Origin: Octopus vulgaris
Taxonomy: Eukaryota
Assembly (NCBI GenBank): GCA_951406725.2
Contig: OX597814.1
Coordinates: 211,172,001 to 211,236,000, forward strand
Reading direction: 5' to 3'
DNA length: 64,000 nt
The notes beneath the pieces were generated by a model, which was not told where the DNA came from, did not search any database, and saw only the letters and a program-made list of their open reading frames with translations. Of the stretch, positions 14,070 through 27,760 are shown in pieces. How positions within the stretch are numbered: the first letter of the stretch is position 1; each line of letters begins with the position of its first letter. The position numbers and the translations under genes are program-made.

Positions 14070-14832
14070 CTATAACTACACACGAAATAAATTTTTAAAA
14101 TGCAAATAGCACCACGATTTGTCTATCTTATACCACAACATACGATGTGTTGGTTATTAAACAATTGAATTTGCCTTTTTGTATTTTCTGAGGAAATTAG
14201 AAATTAGGGATGATGCATCACATTCTGTCCCCTATACTAGTGCAAATATAATTATTTTTGTTCAATACAAGTTTGAATAATTACTTTGTCATTCATTTTT
14301 GACTCCTCACTAATGATCTAAATTATAAGTGCTTAGCATAAGATGGTATTTAATATCTTGCTAATGATTAGATATTCTCTATAACAATATCGTTTCCTTA
14401 AGGTAGAACATTTGTCAAGTAACAATGAAAACAAAGGAAGCAAAGTATTCAATATTGAAATTTAAATATATACAATATTTCAAGTTGAAAATTAATTTTA
14501 ATTGAATATAATATTATAGTCGAAATATTTATAGTAAATATTACATGAATTAATATTCTATGAGTTAGCCGATAGCAAATATGTTCCATTCTGTAATACT
14601 ATGTGTCTGGTTTGTAAATATGGATTCATACAGTTGAAGTATTTGCGAAGACAGATAATTTAATAGTGTTGCAATATGGACAGTGTTTGCGTTTCCTACA
14701 TCATCTTTTGTATACAGATACATATATTACATACGCACATACACATATTGGTATATGTATATGTGTGTGTATATGTGTGTGCATGTGTGTACACGCACAC
14801 ACTCACACAGACAAACACACACATGTACATAT

Positions 14833-15253
14833 TACTATTTTACTTGTTTCAGTCGTTTTAATGCCCACATGCCGGATCGCAGCCTTTAGTCGTACAAATC
14901 GACCCCTGAACACATTCTTTGTGAGCCCAGTACGTATTCTATCGATCTCTTTTGCCGAACCATTAAATTACGGGGACGGTTGTGATGCGATGGGGAGGCA
15001 CACACAGACACACAAACACACACACATATACACACACACACGTTTATATATATAGTTAGTTAATCCAAACAAGAAAGCACACAAAAAACACAACAACGCG
15101 AGGACGTGGAATAAATATAGTATTATTGGACGCTCAGGAAAGAAGGAAAGAAGTAGGGTCTAACGTTTCGAGCGGAGCTCTTCGTCGGATACATAGAAGG
15201 AAAGATCCAGAAAAGGGAAGACAGGGAAAAAAACGCTAACGGTACACACGCGG

Positions 15254-15287
<34 letters not shown>

Positions 15288-15448
15288 GATGGACTTCTTT
15301 CAGTTTCCGTCTACCAAATCTACTCACAAGGCTTTAGTCAGACTGAGGCTCTAGTAGAAGACACTTACCAAGGTGCTACGTAGTGGGGCTGAACCCGGAA
15401 CCATATGCTTGGTAGGCAAGCTCATTTTCACACAGTCGCTCCTGCGCC
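14833..15448 (-). mobile_element. SINE family A interrupted by a P1 element
   Basis: Tail half 14833-15000 and head half 15285-15448 match 4388-4794; the central microsatellite holds the 15055-15255 insert. Confidence 0.82.
15055..15255 (-). mobile_element. PLE terminal-repeat-like element, family P1, hammerhead-like core
   Basis: Minus strand CCGACGA-A-GAGC-TCC-GCTC-GAAAC-GTT at 15162-15188; (TA)n on both sides; homologous to 1490-1695. Confidence 0.6.
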
Positions 15449-15765
15449 TCTATATGTGTGTGTGTTTATATAATTTTTTAATTAATTCTAATGTACTTTA
15501 TTTTATTGTACGATATAGTAGGCTTTAAAATGTTTATATTATTAGATTAGTATTTTGGATATAAATCTCTACGTGTACTCCAGAAAATAAGGTTTTCCTG
15601 AAATTGAAGTCGTGGTAATATTGGTAATATCCCAAATTTGTATTAATATTATAATTGACACTGTTTGCTTTGCATTAGTAAAGTGTAAAATACTAAATAT
15701 TCTGATAACCTGGAATAATTATTATTCCCTAAGTTTTTTTAATATACCTACATACATACATACAT

Positions 15766-15796
<31 letters not shown>

Positions 15797-15842
15797 ATAT
15801 ATATACATGCATGCATGTTAGTGTGTGTATATATATGTACAA

Positions 15843-16131
15843 GTGCAAGGGTGACTGATTGCTAAGAGGCCTACTTCCCAACCACATGATTCCGGGTTCT
15901 GTTCCACTGAGTGGCACCTTAGGCGAGTGTCTTCTAGAATAGCCTCGGGCAAGAAAACTGTTTAGAGTGGATGTGCTACTTGGAAACTGATATATATGTA
16001 AATGTACATTATATATGAGTGTGCATGTGTTTGTGTGTGTGCGTGTGCATTTCTTTGTGTTTTGTTTGTCCCCCGTCACAATTTGACAACCGGTGTTAAT
16101 TTATTCACGACCCCTTAATGTGACGTTTGCC
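15843..16131 (+). mobile_element. SINE family A, degenerate
   Basis: CCCAACCACATGATTCCGGGTTCTGTTCCACTG...GCCTCGGGC...GGAAACTGA. Confidence 0.75.
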
Positions 16132-16503
16132 AAAATTTGAATATGTGTATTTCATTGGAATATATCTCTCTCGGCCTGTGTTTGGTAATGGCATATATAG
16201 CTATAATTATAGATATGACTACAATGCAATAGTCCCTGAAATTACAAATTTCACCTTACGTATAGTTTGAAAAAGATGGGTTATATATTTTTCATTGTAG
16301 ATTTAGCAGTGAATACTAAATTGAACCTCTCATTTAAAATATAAATAACATAAATAACAATTATCATGGTATGAATCTTCACTTGTGTATCATTAGCTGA
16401 GAGGTTCGAAATGAAAATTACATTTAAAAGGTATACTATGAAAGTACGTTTAAATATTTGTTGTGCAAGATTTTTTACGTGAAGTCGTGTGTTGAAACAT
16501 ATA

Positions 16504-16740
16504 TTGTTATATTTCGGAATGGTCATATTGCCAGTTTAGCCAATAAAAACACAAGCACTATATATTTGGTGTTATTTTGCTTCAGTGTTATTTATTTTTT
16601 ACATTAATCTTAATCGGCCGAAATAAGATTAAGATTAATGTAAAAAATAAATAACACTGAAGCAAAATAACACCAAATATATATAGTGCGTGTGTTTGTA
16701 TTGGCTAAACTGGCAATATGAACATTCCGAAATATAACAG
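16504..16740. mobile_element. Fold-back MITE, about 110-bp arms with 11-nt loop
   Basis: 16505-16615 is the near-perfect reverse complement of 16627-16739; TA at both boundaries. Confidence 0.85.
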
Positions 16741-17008
16741 TATACTATGAAACTTATATTTAAAAGGTATACTAATCATACGGTGTATGAATTCAGTACA
16801 TTTAAATGTTTCACGATTATATACAGTCACAATCTTTAAGTTTGTCTACTTTTTCTTGTAAAATATGATACCAAAATTGAGAATTGTACATAGGTTGATC
16901 GGAACAGCAGTATTTAAGCTTCATTTTATAATTTCGTTCACAAATTTATTAATTTGTAGGTAGAAGCAATTGAGTAAATAAATGTTCTATATTGTTGGGG
17001 GGGGGGGA

Positions 17009-17216
17009 TACTCTTTTACTCTTTACTCTTTAACTTGTTTCAGTCATTTGACTGCGGCCATGCTGGAGCACCGCCTTTAGTCGAGCAAATCGACTCCGGG
17101 ACTTATTCTTTTGTAAGCCCAGTACTTATTCTATCGGTCTCTTTTGCCGAACCGCTAGGTGACGGGGACGTAAGCACACCAGCATCGGTTGTCAAGGAAT
17201 GCTAGGGGGACAAACA

Positions 17217-17260
<44 letters not shown>

Positions 17261-17425
17261 CATATATACGACAGGCTTCTTTCAGTTTCCGTCTACCAAA
17301 TCCACTCACAAGGTATTGGTCGGCCTGGGGCTAAAGCAGAAGACACTTGCCCAAGATGCCACGCAGTGGGACTGAACCCGGAACCATGTGGTTGGTTAGC
17401 AAGCTACCTACCACACAGCCACTCC
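17009..17425 (-). mobile_element. SINE family A, near full length
   Basis: Highly similar to 4388-4794; repeated TACTCTTT tail units. Confidence 0.9.
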
Positions 17426-18136
17426 ATATATATATATATATATGTTTTGAACTATATACCACACAGCCACTCCATATATATATATATGTTTTGAACTTTT
17501 ATGAAAATGGAAATTTTGATGTCATTTAAATGATTTATTTAATTTGTATAGTGAAAAATGTAGCTCAAGTAAAAAATAAAATGGCAATTTTTTGGGACAT
17601 TTTCCCCACAGTGTTAGTTAAACATCAATATTCATATCGATAATTGATAATTACACATTAGTACTTTTATTCACAAGATATATTCATAAGCGATAAAAAA
17701 AAAAACGTTTGTTAAAATGTTGCATTTATAATCAGTTTGCGTTTTTTTATTTTTTGTATTTTCAGAATTAAATTAACATCATTAATTTGTATGAGCAAAA
17801 TGAAGTACGTAAAAGATTGAATGTATAATTATTGTAACTAAGCGACTGTAATTGAAAATAACCATAGTCGTAAAGTTGTATTCTCTACATAATAGTTTAC
17901 TCCTGCCATAGACAGCAAGCTACTGATTTAAATATTGTTAATGACTTGGCCACGCGAAGTAGAGGCTAGGCTGCCCTATACGCGACAAAATGTTATGTCG
18001 TTAATTGATAGATATAATTATTATAGTTATCTATAAAATATGTGATCACGTGACCGACCAGTCCATCGATGTAGTTACACATCGCTGGTCACAATGCGCT
18101 CGCATTGTTTTAGCCTTCGAATGCATGCATATATCA

Positions 18137-18229
<93 letters not shown>

Positions 18230-18899
18230 TATCTGTATGTATATACACATATGTGCATATATATATATATATATATATATGTGTATATACATGCATGTAT
18301 GTATATATGTATGTATGCATCTAAAACAGAGTTATTAGTGAAGGATTATGAATCAGGGCAAAATACTTTATAAGATCTCTGTTGTTAGTACACCAGGCTG
18401 ACAGTATTATTTATGTTAGCAATGAACTCTGCGTATTATTTTGGTAGATGTTATCACTATTCTGTATAATAAATTCATGGCTGTGTTCCAGTTATAGTGC
18501 ACTCTGACACATAGCTATATATATATATCAGACAAGGCAAAAAGTAACTGTTTTATTTAACTTTATTGTAGTAAATTTGAGTTACAGCTGCTTCTAGTAG
18601 TTAATGTACGTTGGATATTCATTGTTTTCATCAAGCACCCTATCAATCGGTTGAGAAAAAACTGAACAACCTACATAATTAATGCTGCATTCGACAGTCC
18701 TTTTTTTATTTATAAACAAGCAAAACACTGAATGAATGATACAGGTAAGGAGGAGGGATCGAATTTAGAAGTATTGCTTCTGTTCGTTTCCGTCCCATGC
18801 TAATATAATTCTTACAGTGTTCTACTTACTTAAAACCAGACATGACTGCGACAGAAGTGGCATTAATTCTCTTGGTCAGCCTATTTTTTCTCAATCGGT

Positions 18900-19197
18900 C
18901 AATGGAACAATTGAATAAACCAATCATTAACGAACCTAAACTTACAGCTGGAAACAGCTGTAATTGAAATTTACAAAGAACAACAAGTGCAAATTTTCTT
19001 TCCTGGCAGACCTTTCTGCATGTAATCAAACCCTATGATTAGCACTCGTGGAAACATATCTAACACCTGAATAGAGGATGCAGAAGTACACGTACCAAAA
19101 TATACCATACTGGGAACCGACAGAAGGGAAAGGAGCCATGTTGCGGGTGCTGTATACATCCGTGAAGACCTCACACCACAAGTCTTACTGTCAAACT
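18900..19197 (+). mobile_element. LINE ORF2 apurinic endonuclease N-terminal fragment (pseudogenised)
   Basis: Frameshifted translation LALVETYLTPE..EDAEVHVPKYTILGTDRRERSHVAGAVYIREDL matches the APE ET.L/DR..GGGV.Y pattern of CR1/L2-type LINEs. Confidence 0.7.
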
Positions 19198-19601
19198 TAA
19201 ACGATCATAATAAACAATTTTTTATTAAGATTGTTTTTTTTAAAAAACCTGAGAGTCCTGTTCATCATTATACACATTCATCATATCTCATTGATGAGTT
19301 TGGTTTCTTTCTTTCTCTGATGAGAAGATTAAATAGTTTTACACCATTTTATTCCTTTTAGAATCATGCCAATGTTGTCTTCGAAACATATGTCGGAAGT
19401 AAAAGAATTTGAATGACACATGCATTTAACTCCATTTCTTTATGTTTATATATTAAACAAAATATTTCTCATCAACCCGGAATTTCTACCTTTACAAACA
19501 GGGTGTTACATCCTTATTACTTGTGTAATTTATTTACTGCCTTGGTAAATGTTTGTTTATTCTTTCCGTGTTAATTGTAAACAAAGGAAAATACACACAC
19601 G

Positions 19602-19669
<68 letters not shown>

Positions 19670-19779
19670 CAAAATTCAGAATCAGATGAATATGGTACTT
19701 AAGTCAAAGGCACCAGAATTGTGTATGGTATTATCCATATAAATCAAATGAGGTGATTATAATCAAAATAAGCAACACA

Positions 19780-19857
<78 letters not shown>

Positions 19858-19859
19858 AG

Positions 19860-19933
19860 GAATTGAGATAACCAAGAAATAAGCAACTATCTTATGGTCT
19901 TCATTATCTTGCAGCCGTTTTTGCTATAAGATG
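19860..19933 (-). repeat. PLE-LTR-like fragment, family P3
   Basis: Reverse complement CATCTTATAGCAAAAACGGCTGCAAGATAATGAAG...GATAGTTGC aligns with 20376-20449. Confidence 0.5.
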
Positions 19934-20354
19934 AAGTGGAATCATACATACGATGCAATTTATTTTGGAAACAGATTACATTTACGTATATAGACAGAAC
20001 TCTATCAATATAAGTGTGTGTGTGATTATGTTTCCGTGTGAGTATATATATATATATGTGTGTGTGTGTGTGACTCTGTGTGTGTGAGAGTGTTTACGTG
20101 TGTGTATGTATACATATAATTTTACTGATACATTTCATTATTGTTTACCTACATATTAGTATACCTCTTCGTATACTGATTTTATCATTAATCTTATCTT
20201 AATTATGAGGAGAACTCCAGAATGTATATACCCGTCGTACGTGTAAGTTTGCTCATTCTCAATGATTTCCTGTGTATACCCGCAAATGTAATTGTTAACC
20301 TAAAGAAATTGCACATATTTGTGGCTCTGGTGAATCGGTAAGATGATATTCAGG

Positions 20355-20449
20355 CGCTCAACTATGAGCTCCCTGCATCTTATAGCAGAAACAGTTGTAA
20401 CTAATGAAGTTCTTAAGATGGTTGCATATTCTTTTGTCATTTCAATTTC
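20355..20449 (+). repeat. PLE-LTR-like fragment, family P3, decayed hammerhead-like core
   Basis: CT-ATGA-GCT...AGC-A-GAAAC-AGTT-GTA; inverted homolog at 19860-19933. Confidence 0.45.
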
Positions 20450-21427
20450 TTATTATTCCTGTGTACTTGACTAACGCTTCGTTCTAAAGAGCATATGTAT
20501 CGCGTTCTGCGCCAGGTTATTAGAATGGCATTGTCTAAGTTAAATATATATCTGTGTATGTGTGTGCATGTGTCTGTTTTGTACGTGTGTGCGTGCGTGC
20601 GAGTGTGTGTGTATCTACAAGTTAACATACAAATAAATTTTGTTCACTTAGCTTCATAAAAAATGTAGTTACTCTCATTTATCTTAGTATGCATGAGGGT
20701 GTCTGTATGTGAACATATATAAATTAGTGTTTCTGTTTTTTTTTGTATCTCTAATGGGAATCTGATATTTTGTATTTATCGTATGTGATATATTCTATTC
20801 ACAGTTAATATCTACAAATATTGGGTGAAATTAAATTTCAATTTTCCATAATGCATTGTAAGAAACAATCTTGTAAACTTGGGTAAACAAATGATTATAA
20901 GTAATACTGATGTTTGAAACTAGTGTTTGTACAAGATATTAAGTATTATAAATTTATGAGAAGTCTATTAGATAAATATTTTTTAAACATTTATATCTAA
21001 TTCATATACAACTATAAAAATATAACTTTAAAATGAGTCATTAGTTGCTGTACGTTGATTTTCTATCTTCACTCGGCCTTTGCTACAAAAATAAAGCAGC
21101 TTCGTTGTTTGAAAGTGATCTATCGATATATAGGATTAATGAGAATATGTTTTCATGTATGTGTCTGGAAATGAAAAGAAATGGCATCATATATGTTCCT
21201 TACCACGAATTCCCTGATCAATCAATAAATCCTGTAATTCGTAAGTTTTCTTGGTCAGTTTCTATGTAGCACCGAATCCATGAACATTTGGTAGAAAAAT
21301 ATTCCACTTACCTGAAAGTAGAAAAGAAAAAGTCATTTAAGAAAATATTCATGCTTACATTTTTCTGAATCATATATGTGTGTGTGTGTCATACATACCA
21401 ATATATGTGTGAATGGATACATGTATA

Positions 21428-21500
<73 letters not shown>

Positions 21501-22304
21501 GTGTGTGTATGTATATATAGTATATATGTATATATATATATATGTGTGTGTGTATATATATATATATGTTTGTATGATTGTGTGATTGTGTGATTGTACG
21601 AAATACGTGTAAACCGAAATGTGTATTTACCTCGCACATACAAGATTGTCCTTCAGTTATCCCACCCTTTGATCCATGTTCCAACCCAGTATTGACTATA
21701 GAACATTTACAAGCACGAGTATATACATACGCACATAAACACAAAATTTCATACAGACGTTCTTCATTATAGGGCTATTCTCCTTTAATTCATTATGGAT
21801 TGATGTAGTCACTAGTAGTTTTACATATGTTTGTACTTGTCAAAATTCGGATCAGTTGAACAGAAAGCTTCTAGATTTCATTTGCACTTGCATTGATTTT
21901 CTTTCATACAGAATAATTTACGGGAGACCAATGGAACTCAACTGGGGTTCACATCGACCTCGGGGATCTATATAAGAGTTTGTTAAAATTGATCTGTAAA
22001 AGTTTGTTCACGTCTTCTGCAATACCCAAAATATTTCAATTATATGGTTTATCTACGAAGGTCCTGTTGAGTAAATTTGGAATCAAAGGGCTTCATAAAC
22101 AAAAGAAAGAAAAGACGATCTTGAGAAACACGGCTGTAAACACAATTTGCAAGATAAAACCGGTAGTTTAAAGATGGAAATGAAAACGAATATCCATAGC
22201 TTCCATAGTCATGGTAATTTATATGTAGCACACACATATATATGTATATACATACATATATACATTCATACACACATACATACATACATACATACATACA
22301 TACA

Positions 22305-22412
<108 letters not shown>

Positions 22413-22559
22413 TTTATATGATGGATTCTCACGTCGGCTTTTGACGTACGAGGACCCGAGAACCTACCCTATTTGTCAGTCATAATACTTACGTCCAATG
22501 TGACATTTACATCCCGCCTATGTTTTGCAAGATAGCCCACAGATCCTGCAAACTAGAGG

Positions 22560-23460
22560 AATACAGGTCAGTGTGTTATATTAGCTGCCACTTACCTCCT
22601 TTGCCTTTCACCCGAAGCCGAGTTATGCTGGTGGCAACAAAGTATCTAATACAATTTTGACACCATTTCCTTCGCTCCAAGGCTTTTTGCTCAGGGGTAT
22701 TGCGAGCTATCTTCATCCTCTATCTTCAGCTTGTCCGTATATCTGAGGCATGGTCAACCGACATTCCTGTGCCCACTATCAAGCTGTCTGTTTATGATGA
22801 CTTCGTATATTCTTTCGTCACTGATTCTGACAACATGGCCAACCCAGCACAATTGTGATTGCATAAGGAAGCTCTCGATTCCACCAATCTTACACTTGCT
22901 AAACAGGTTGGCATTAGAAAGTCTGTTTTAAGTGAGTAACCCGAAATTTTCCTCAGACAGCCTTTTACGGAAGACTTCTAATTGGTTAATGTGTCGTCTA
23001 TAGGGCATCCACGATTCTGAGCAATACAAGAGAGTAGTAAGTATGGCAGCTTTATAGACCTGTAAATTGGTGTCAGGTTTGTATCCATAGGTGATGATGA
23101 AGTTTTCCAAATGCGTTGGTTGCGTTTTCAAGATTGTTGATGATTTCATCAACAAGGGTAGCTGTCGAATTTCCTTTACTACCAAGATATGAAAATGATT
23201 TTGCATAATTTAGGTTTTTCCAATCAGCCTGTATAGGAATGTCAGGAAAATTGTGATTCATGGCCTCTGCTTGACACCACAGATTTGTTTAGGAGTCGGG
23301 AAAGCCTGGTGAATTACTTCCGTCTTCTTTATGCTGATGGTCAAACCAAAAGGTTTACATGCAGCAGAAAACCAGTCTAGAAGTTCCTGAGCTTTTTCTA
23401 AAGAGGTCGCTATTACTGCAGCAGCATCGGCAAAAAGGCTATTACGAATGATGCTGGATG
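22560..23460 (-). mobile_element. RTE-clade LINE 3' remnant
   Basis: LFAD(A)AA catalytic region, FGLTISIKKTEV, FSYLGS and YKAAILTTLLYCSESW..YRRHINQLEVF, typical of RTE ORF2; multiple frameshifts. Confidence 0.85.
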
Positions 23461-23664
23461 TCAGTCAGAAAAACATCTTCGTTAATGAACGCGATTAGTT
23501 TCTTGCGGACTATTCGCTCCATGAGTAGATAGACAGTCGGCAAATGATGAAGGGTCATTTTTTGATGTTACTTGTCCTGTTTCTGGTTGTTTGCGTATTG
23601 AATTCATTTGTTTTCGTATTCTATGTTGTTTACTGTTGGTGACGTTCTCGATACCCATATATGC

Positions 23665-23696
<32 letters not shown>

Positions 23697-23709
23697 CATA
23701 TATACAACG

Positions 23710-23777
<68 letters not shown>

Positions 23778-24563
23778 GTGTGTATATATGTACGTGTATG
23801 TTTGCGTGTGTGTATAATTATTAATTAGTGTATGTGCTAGATTGGGATCAATATTTTACTTGGAATATGTAAAATTTTTACAGTGAAAAAATAATTCAGA
23901 ATATATGTACATACATACACTTCATTATATATGTATATCCGTATATGCGTTCGTCTTTTGCCCCCGCGCTTGTGTGTCTGTATTTGTGTCTACACAAGCG
24001 GATATACATACGCTAAAGTATAATACAAGATCTATACTTGAAAGTATCTTGTACAATACAGAGAGAAGCCTGCCAAAATAGTAACATAAACTCTGACCTA
24101 ATTAGATAGAACCAAGAGTTCGGCCAGCAACTGGTGTGAAATAGAGGTCAACCACAGTAGTTTACAAGCAGATCAGATTTCGTATTAAAAACAACCTCCC
24201 CCGACTTGCCCCTGAATCATAGCCAATAAGCAGCTAACTGAATTCAGATCGCTTCGAGCCAACATTATTTAAAACCCTGAACAAAGATGCACAGAAAATG
24301 ATGTCCGCTTGCAGACGCAACTGCATATACTCTGCGCAGTGGATGCACGTGTAGAATGTCGTAACCATACGATTATGGTGAATGGCATGGGAAAAATAAA
24401 ATGAAATAAATGTTGAGGATATAGCATTCTCCATATTTTCTTCGTTGAGACCATTGGTAATATACAATCCAGTTACTTCTACCATGCAGCGAAGCGAATG
24501 CGGAGTTACCCAACCGAGGAAATACTGCACGGCATGAGCACTCATATATATATATATATACAC

Positions 24564-24621
<58 letters not shown>

Positions 24622-24649
24622 GTTTAAATATTTGTTATGCAAAAAATAT

Positions 24650-24697
<48 letters not shown>

Positions 24698-24709
24698 CAT
24701 ATATACTTG

Positions 24710-26030
24710 TATGCAGAAAAATAACACAGATGTAGTTGTTTTCGCTGCCAGTATATAAAAAAATTAAAATTTATCAAAACTTTTAAAATTTGGGACAATG
24801 ATATGCTTTTCCAAGCTGAATTGCCAGGAAAATGTTCTTAAAAAGATATTGCGGATTAATGTTTGATTATTTTCACCCATTTAGGAAACATAAATTGGAA
24901 GTTGTCATTTTGTGCTTGACTGCACATTTTGTCATCGACATCCTTAAAATAGCACGTCTTGTCAATATTTGTAAACGATACGCGTTTTGTTGCTTTGAGG
25001 ATTCTATATGCACTTAATTTAAATGTGGTTACCTGCACGTTACCTGCGATAAACACATAATTTTCCCCACAAATTGTTTCTATACAGTTTTAACAGAAAC
25101 ATTTGGAAGGTTAGATGAAATTTCTCCAGTAATTTTCTTTCATGTAAATAAATGTTTATGTTAATTAAAAAATGTGCCTGTCAAATCTTATAAAGTGACA
25201 ATGTCCTAACAGATATACATGTTTATATGTATATGTGAAAATAAAGGAGTGAAAAATATATGCTTCAAAAGCAAATGTTTAAGCTTGCAATAACCAACAC
25301 ATTACAAAATAATTTTAAAGCTAGAAACGAAATTTATAAATACATTAAAACAATTTATCAAAATAGTCACAATTTTCATATCTCCTCCGCCACATAAATT
25401 CACAGATATGAATCCATCATGGAATGGTGAGTGCAACTGCGTCGCTTACTACCTCGTTTCACAGCGGCCCACGCTTGAAGAGTAAACAACACGCCTTTTG
25501 TAGTTATAAGCATTCAATATGCATTTAATGCGATAGAACGAACTTAATATATTTATCTAAAAACAAAATTGTACCTTAAAAATTCAATATTTTTACAAAA
25601 CAAACATTTTGTTGACCAGTTCATTGAAAACGAAAGTTAAAAATACATTCAATCAATTTATCGAACAAATCACAATTTTCCTATCCCCTAAGCTACATAA
25701 ATCCACATGCTCACTTGTCAACAGATAGGTAAAAAAATTGGTTTCAATATATTTGTGAACACGTGCTTTCTCGCAGACAAACGTATTTTCATGATCTGCT
25801 TGTTACTATGGAAACAGGCCTGACTGTTTTTGTGGCTTACGTTTGGCTAAAATTAACAAAATTTTCAAACTTTAATTGCTAATAACTTTTTTATTTATTG
25901 ATTTATAGCGAAAATGGTTTCCACGTCATTCATTAGCCAACAAAAGTGTATCATTACACTGAATATGAAATCAGTTCGAACAGAATTAATGCAGGCAGCC
26001 AAACCAACTATATCTAAGAACACAAATGTA
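24710..26030. mobile_element. Putative non-autonomous DNA transposon (about 1.3 kb)
   Basis: Imperfect inverted repeat AGATGTAGTTGTTTTCGCTGCC (24728-24749) / GGCAGCCAAACCAACTATATCT (25994-26015); internal diverged direct repeat at about 25338-25405 and 25641-25707. Confidence 0.45.
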
Positions 26031-26082
26031 TTAAATGTTCACTACGACTATTTCAGACGTATTATTTTTATTATTGATTGTC

Positions 26083-26302
26083 TACTCTCTTTTACTCTTT
26101 TACTTGTTTCAGTCAACTCAACTGTGGCCATGCTGGAGCACCGCCTTTAGTCGGGCAAATCGACCCCAGGACTTATTCTTTGTATGCCTAGTACTTATTC
26201 TATCGGTCTCTTTTGCCGAACCGCTATGTAACAGGGACGTAAACACACCAGCATCGGTTGTCAAGCGAATTTGAGGGAACAATCACAGACACACACACAC
26301 CA

Positions 26303-26392
<90 letters not shown>

Positions 26393-26520
26393 TACGACGG
26401 TCTACTTTCAGTTTCCGTCTACCAAATCCACTCACAAGGTTTTGGTCGGCCCGAGGCTATAGTAGAAGACGACGATTGGCCAACGTGCCACACGCAGTGG
26501 TACTGAACCCGTAAGCATGT
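26083..26520 (-). mobile_element. SINE family A, head truncated
   Basis: Matches 4388-4750. Confidence 0.85.
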
Positions 26521-26960
26521 CTTATGTTGTAAACAATAATTTCCATGGATTATGTTCTAGTAGTGGTTGTAGAGTTGTCACCAGAACTTATCCCTTGTGA
26601 ATACTGTGCTGTTTACCCATATTTAATCCTCTCGTTCTACTACTCCCTATTTTGTGACACTGTCTGCTAATCGTTTTATGAACATTGACCACAGACATCG
26701 AACCGGGTAGATCTAGCTGACTCACATTGTATTTGTATTTTCTTCAAGTACTACTAACTGAGAGGGTCAATCCAACTCTTGTTATATTTTTCTCGGAAAC
26801 CAATCGTTAATCCCCTGCAGAAAACGTTTTTGCTTTGTCATGATGTTAACCGATTCATAAAGAAAAAAATGTGTCTCAAACAGCAGTAGTGACCGTCTTA
26901 AATAGTCAGGTTCTTATTTTATGCAAACGTCATAACTAGAAACTTGACTATGTATTCACT

Positions 26961-27105
26961 GTTTCTGGAAAGGTGGTGAAGTTATCTTATAATTCGTTTG
27001 GGTTTCCACCCGTGTAAAGTCACACTTGTTGGCACGTATATTATATTTCTTGTTGTCCTTGTTGCATTTTATTCACCAGGTCATAGCTGAATGGACAGAT
27101 CGATG
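26961..27105 (+). repeat. 145-bp dispersed duplication, copy 1, bracketed by a 20-bp direct repeat
   Basis: Closely similar to 30603-30747; AACTTGACTATGTATTCACT at 26941-26960 and 27106-27125. Confidence 0.9.
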
Positions 27106-27760
27106 AACTTGACTATGTATTCACTTGTATTGGGTTGTGGACCTACATGAGTATTTGCTTGAGTATATATTTGCATGTATGTTTATAGTTATATGTATGT
27201 TTGTATATATGTAAGTATATGGATACGTTCGTAAAATCACTTGCATGTACGGATATATGTGTATGTGTTATATACTCATCTGTGCTTAATTCAATCCTTT
27301 CCTGGTGCCCTGAATGCTAAAATACCTCGATTCCGATGAATGCTAACATCGATATGTATGTGTGCATGTATGAATATATGTATGTATGAAAGTATGCATG
27401 TGTGCAAATGTATCTATATATGTATGTACATACGAATGTATATATGAGTGTACTATATAACCATAAACGTGTGTGTATGTATGCCTGCATCTATTTATGT
27501 ATGTATTCATGTATATATATATATGGATGTGTTTGTGTATGTATACGGAGATACTGAAGGAAGAGATGAAATGTTTAGGTCTAGCGATAAGCGTGACTTT
27601 ATCCTGAATTCAATATTTCAGTTCACGTAAATGACGTAGTTTCAACGTAAATCATTCCATTTTGTTCAAGATTTATAAACGTATTTCGATAGATATAGAG
27701 TGGTTTATGATAATGCCACAAACCTCATTAAACCTATGATTCTTGGAAGTCGAGAAATCA

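Noticed and set aside
26520-26940. Possible degraded LINE RT on the minus strand (also 45950-46150)
   Set aside because: Only faint motif resemblance; not supportable without a search.
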